A stretch of 64,000 bases of DNA from Lama glama (taxonomy: Eukaryota): NCBI GenBank assembly GCA_028534125.1, contig CM052818.1, positions 7,132,001 through 7,196,000 on the forward strand. Direction: 5' to 3'. This document shows, piece by piece, positions 59,426 to 64,000 of this stretch. The notes below the pieces were generated by a model. That model had not been told where the DNA came from and searched no databases. It was given only the letters and a program-made list of their open reading frames with translations. Both the position numbers and the translations under genes were made by a program. The first letter of the stretch is position 1; each line of letters starts with the position of its first letter.

Positions 59426-62400
59426 GCCCCAGGGCCCCGCCGCGGCGCCCGCGCACCCCGACAGCTCTCCGCACTGTGCATGCACCCTGGCTTGCCTTTT
59501 TCTGAGAAAAAGAACATTCTCCACAAGGATCACACTAGTTTTTGCTTTGAGCAGAGTTGGAGTGCCTTCATCCCAGTATGACCACTTTTAATACGCTTTT
59601 TTGAGTGGTTCCTCAGAGACCTACTACTACCCGGGAATAGGAAAGAATACATTTGAAGACAGTGTCGCCATGCTGAATGACAAAATAAACAGTTCAAGTG
59701 AAGCACAAGGAATAAGTTGGAAACGCTGTAAATTGCATGTGCATATTTGTCTATTTTTTCTATAAGTTTTATTGCAAGAGGTAAAAGAAGAAAATATATA
59801 TATATATATTATTTAGATAATCTCAGTACCTTCTCTGGCATTTTCGCCCTGTATAGGTTGACTTGGCAATTCAGCCTTTTTAGAGGCATTAACTACTCCT
59901 TGTAAGTGTTGCATTTACATGGCTGTTTAGAAACTGCTGCCCAAAATTTATTTTATATTTTTGTACAGATTCCGCAGTTTATGATATTGTTTTTCTAAAA
60001 ACAAATGCTGTTTATACATATGAGATAGCTATTTTGATAGGATTTGCTCACATAGTTCCTGCAAACTTCAGATGTACAAGTTGCACTTGTACTTTTATAG
60101 AGTTGTAATGTTTTATATGTGTTTGGTGCAAAGAGAAAATTGGATCAAATCAATCCGCAGTTGATGTCCCCAAATGCAAACACACACATACACACAGCGC
60201 TTTAAGAAGGGCCAGGCGATGTCACACCCAAATTTCACGAGCACCGACCCCCTGGCATGAACACCCGCCAGCACTGTGACTTCCAAAGCCAGAGCCACGT
60301 CTGCTCATCAAACTCGCATTAAGCAGTTGGCGGGAGGTGGCCATGGAGCTCGGGGTTTATGTGATGGTTCTCTTTATCTCTCTCTCTCTCTCTCTCTGGG
60401 AAGGCTACCGCGTACTCACTGTATTTATGCCAAGTCTGTGCTTTCAATTGATGTTGTTATTGTTTTAAAACAGAACCCCAGATCTTTCCTTTTGGGCATA
60501 ATTTTTATGATGATCTGAAATTTTACAGTCGAACAAAATTTTATGGGAAGTAACCAACCTTTTCATGGAACTAAACCCTATTGCAATGCTTAGGGCTTGT
60601 CCAGAAGAAAATCTCCACCCCTCCACCCACTACTTCTTCATCCCACCCCAACCCCTGCTTGAAGGCATCCATCATGTTGCTCAGTTATCTTTTCCAGCTT
60701 CCCTTCCCCAGAGCTTTCGTTCCCTCGGTTGCTAAGTGCTGCACATAGCATCTTCATGATCACCACCGTGAGCCTGGCTCACCTCCGCCCAGCCTGGGAT
60801 GCACTCTTGTAACACCCATGGCTCTTGAACCTGGAGTTGGTCCCATTACGTCATGGCTTCCAGTCTGGTTGCTTTCTGAAATCAACTGCTCTAACTACAC
60901 TTTACAAGGCTGTTTTACCCAAATACACAGACAGGACTTGCTATGCATGTTCCCCTCCTTCCCCCTCGCCATCTCCCCCTATCTACCCAACCCCCTGCCA
61001 GGACACTTGAGAACTAGCTTTTTATTCTTAGTGGTGTATATTTAATTTTAAAACGTTTGCAATGTATCATGCTTGTTGCTGAAATTGTTCATGGCCTTTC
61101 CGTTTCAGTTTTTTCTTTCTTCCAATGGTACTTTAGCTGGTTACAACCTATATTGTTGAAATGCAGATGGCTTCTTTAGGAATAACTTTTATATTTATTT
61201 AAGAATTTTTAAATTATGGGATTTGTGTTGTTGTTATTGTCTTTGTTGTTGGTCATTTGTCAATATTCAGTCACCAATTCTGCTCACTTCTTGCCATGGA
61301 TAAAATTGAGTCTTTCTGGCCAATTAAAAAAGACAGCTTTATAAAATGGCACTTTAAACAAGCCATAGATAGTTTTTATAATGCACATGGCGAAAAGCAA
61401 ATACATTTGTGATGAAGGAACTGCTCATCTAAGCAAAAGATTCGTGTATGGTATGATTAAGTCTTTCTTCATTCTGATTCACTTTTTCCCCCCACTTGAA
61501 TGTGTTTTTCAAGCCTAATTATCAACTCAGTAGAGCAGTGAGAAACCGATCAAATTGCACCTTCTCCTGCAAGCACCCTCCACCGGACACCTCTCACTAC
61601 TGCAGATGTGTCATTTCCTTTGATAGGACCAGGGACCATATAGATAAGGTGAGGGTGGTCATAGATGCTTCCAATGTCACTGTGCCTGTCTATTTGAAGG
61701 GCTTCCTTTTCCCGTAGAGAACAAGTCCGCCCAGACCCCACACTCTGGATAACTGGAGGACCCAGCAAACTCTCCACATGCCTCCCACAGACATGTACGT
61801 GGACGTGCACAATAGTGTTGATTATTCCGGACAATAACAGGGTAAGGCGGCTGATTTGCCATTGTTAAAAACTGACTGATAGTAACGTAGAACAACTGTA
61901 CTTCGGTTGGATTAGCAAATCGTGTGTTTAAACAAATCCCATATGTTGGGCAGCAGTTCAGATAAGCACGGCGAAGTGTTGCCCACACGTGGTTCTCCGG
62001 CTCGCCCGCATTTGTAAGGCTGGGCTTCAGGATCAAAACAAACCCCACCTCCCTTCCCCCAGCAGCAGGCAAATGCTTTTTAACTCTGGACACCCTCGCC
62101 ATAAATTCTAGATCTTCAAGGTAGAATGAGGAAGATGTGGGAAATTAGTGCCCCCTTTTAAAAAGAACAAAACCATCAAGTGTTCCAGTTGTCTTTGTGT
62201 CTTATTTTCACAAAGTGATGTCCCAACAGGGAAGAACATGAGCCTGTGTGTGACCTCCAAGTCCCAGTTTGAGGGCAGGATGGGCTTCCAGATGCCACCC
62301 GGCGGCAGTGCCTTCTCCTCTCTAAAGGACATCCCGTGGCATTCAGAGTCAAGCAGGCAGTTGGAGGTGCCTTTACGAGAAAGACATGCTGGGTGGGGCT

Positions 62401-63760
62401 GGGAGAGGACAGTTATTGACAGTGATGTGCAATGAAGTGACAAGATGAGAGCAGAATAATAAGAGCTTTGAATTTGAAGTGATTTTTTTTCATAAGTTAT
62501 TTATTCCTTTTTTTTCTGTGTAAATATATTTATTTTACTGTGGAGCTCTCACAACATCTGGATCGTAACATGTGCAGAATGTATGGTAGGAATGTATTCT
62601 CTCGTAGGAATGTCAATCTGTATTACAAGGGGGTCCAAGCCCGACCCCTGGATCTTTTCATCATGTGCACAGTCCACACTCATTTGTACTCTCTCCTCTA
62701 ATATGGGTCTCTTTGAAATATGCAAAAGGTATGGATGAGGAATGTTTTAATACCTCCAAATTTTTAAGAAAATCAAGCATCAAAGGGTTGATATTTTTAA
62801 ACGTTTTTTTAGTCACACTTTCTCTTTATGACAGAAGGGGCAACCACACTGACACCCTCATTCACACCGGAGGGTAAGAACTCGCCAGAGCCACCTCCAC
62901 CTGAGTGTCTTTCTCAGTCGTGCTCTTTATTGCCATAGCCCGTTGGAGTGTCCCAACTGCCCTGAGGTCAATCAAGGAAAATTCTCAGATAAATAATCTC
63001 CAAAGAGCCAAAGTGTCAACTTACAGATCATTTTTAAAGCATACATTTATTAACCACCTTTGTGGTAAATAATGAATTATGAATCCACAGGGCAGCCTTC
63101 TCAAATGACAGACGTAAAAAAGACGAGAGAGACTCTACTTTGTGCCGCGATTGTTATCCTTTGTATGAATTGTCTTAATTTCAAAATCTTGCTGTTCCAA
63201 ATTGGACCTTTATATGCTTTCTGAAAATAACTGAAAAGAGCATATTTAACCTGTCCTGGCTGTAAATGGTTAACTTCTTGTAACTGCCAATGGCGAGTTG
63301 CAGCGAGGTGTGTGCGTCCCACTTATGTACATTTGTTTTCAGGGCTTCTAAGAATGAGTCTAAATGGTTCTTGAAAATTAGCCAGGATCAAATGCTATTG
63401 CAGACAAAGCCAATAAAAATTTTCGGCGTCTTTTGGGGATCACAAGTTTGGAAGAGAAGTGCGGTCATACGAGCAAAACACCAAGATTTGGAAAAGATGT
63501 ACATAGTGATATGTTTGGTGCATGGTTTTTGAGGAAGGCTTTTGTCAAAAAGGAGGTGTAACCTTTTCCCCCACAGACCTGAGAGCTGTGCCTTTTCTAT
63601 GCAATATTACAGACATTACATCGGAACCCAGGTGGCTGTACTCACATGTAGGTTTGGGCTGTAATCTAAAACAATTGGACAGATTAAATGTACATGGAAA
63701 TGAGCAGTCTTACTTTTGTAGTTTTATATTATACAATAAACAGTTAAAAGAAGAGAGAGG
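59426..63760 (+). other. SERTAD2: SERTAD2 long 3'UTR (~4.3 kb)
   Basis: Repeat-poor sequence after the stop with AU-rich blocks, Pumilio elements and miRNA seed matches, ending at AATAAA 63735 with upstream TGTA motifs and a downstream GT/T-rich tract. Confidence 0.75.
63735..63740 (+). terminator. Distal polyadenylation signal AATAAA
   Basis: AATAAA preceded by several TGTA (CFIm) motifs (63647-63720) and followed by GCGTGTTTGCAGTTTTCCTTTT. Other AATAAA at 59684 and 63412. Confidence 0.7.
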
Positions 63761-64000
63761 CGTGTTTGCAGTTTTCCTTTTGCCGGAAGCACAGCCAGCT
63801 CGGATGCCACAGGTTGCTCGTGTGAAGGAACGGTCCATGGGTGGGGCCTCTGCCCAGCTTGGTCATGCTGACGCCCTCCCACCATCTTGGTCTCTGAGGG
63901 GAGCACTTTCCCTTGCTGGCTCTCCCCCGCCTCTTAGGCCCTTCTCGAACCTCCTCCCCCAACTCTCTTAAATACTATTTTTTTCCAGGGTTTGGTCCGA

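Noticed and set aside
58927..59591. Long alternative-frame and antisense ORFs over the CDS (109, 112, 86, 82 aa)
   Set aside because: Stop-codon scarcity from extreme GC content, mostly non-ATG starts, low-complexity R/P/G products.
1..64000. CRISPR arrays, operons or other prokaryotic systems
   Set aside because: The sequence is clearly mammalian (SINE/LINE content, spliced gene); no spaced repeat arrays seen.

Overview
Mammalian genomic DNA, very probably camelid (seven copies of a tRNA-Ala-derived SINE resembling the camelid Vic-1 family). It contains one protein-coding gene, SERTAD2 (TRIP-Br2), on the + strand: a CpG-island promoter (~40.5-42.2 kb), a non-coding exon 1 ending at a GTAAGT donor (41644/41645), a ~16.9 kb intron, and exon 2 (from 58504) holding the whole 305-aa CDS (58508-59425) plus a ~4.3 kb 3'UTR. 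The first 36 kb is mostly decayed transposable elements (L1, L2, MIR, MaLR/ERVL LTRs, hAT MITEs). Main observations: (1) four uORFs of decreasing length in exon 1, the last an AUG-UGA start-stop that exists only after splicing and lies in frame 3 nt before a weak-context main AUG, followed by a strong-context +1 ORF whose stop overlaps Met46; (2) paired RFX X-boxes just before exon 2, suggesting an intronic promoter that bypasses the uORFs; (3) a GC/Ala-Pro-Gly shift in the protein's linker, suggestive of GC-biased gene conversion; (4) unusual retroposition products (a SINE with a transduced polyadenylated tail, a tailless tRNA 5'-half, a 28-bp L1 end); (5) a diverged ~150 bp direct repeat 19 kb apart. 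Repeat family names come from visual recognition and need RepeatMasker/Dfam confirmation. Boundaries of old repeats are approximate.
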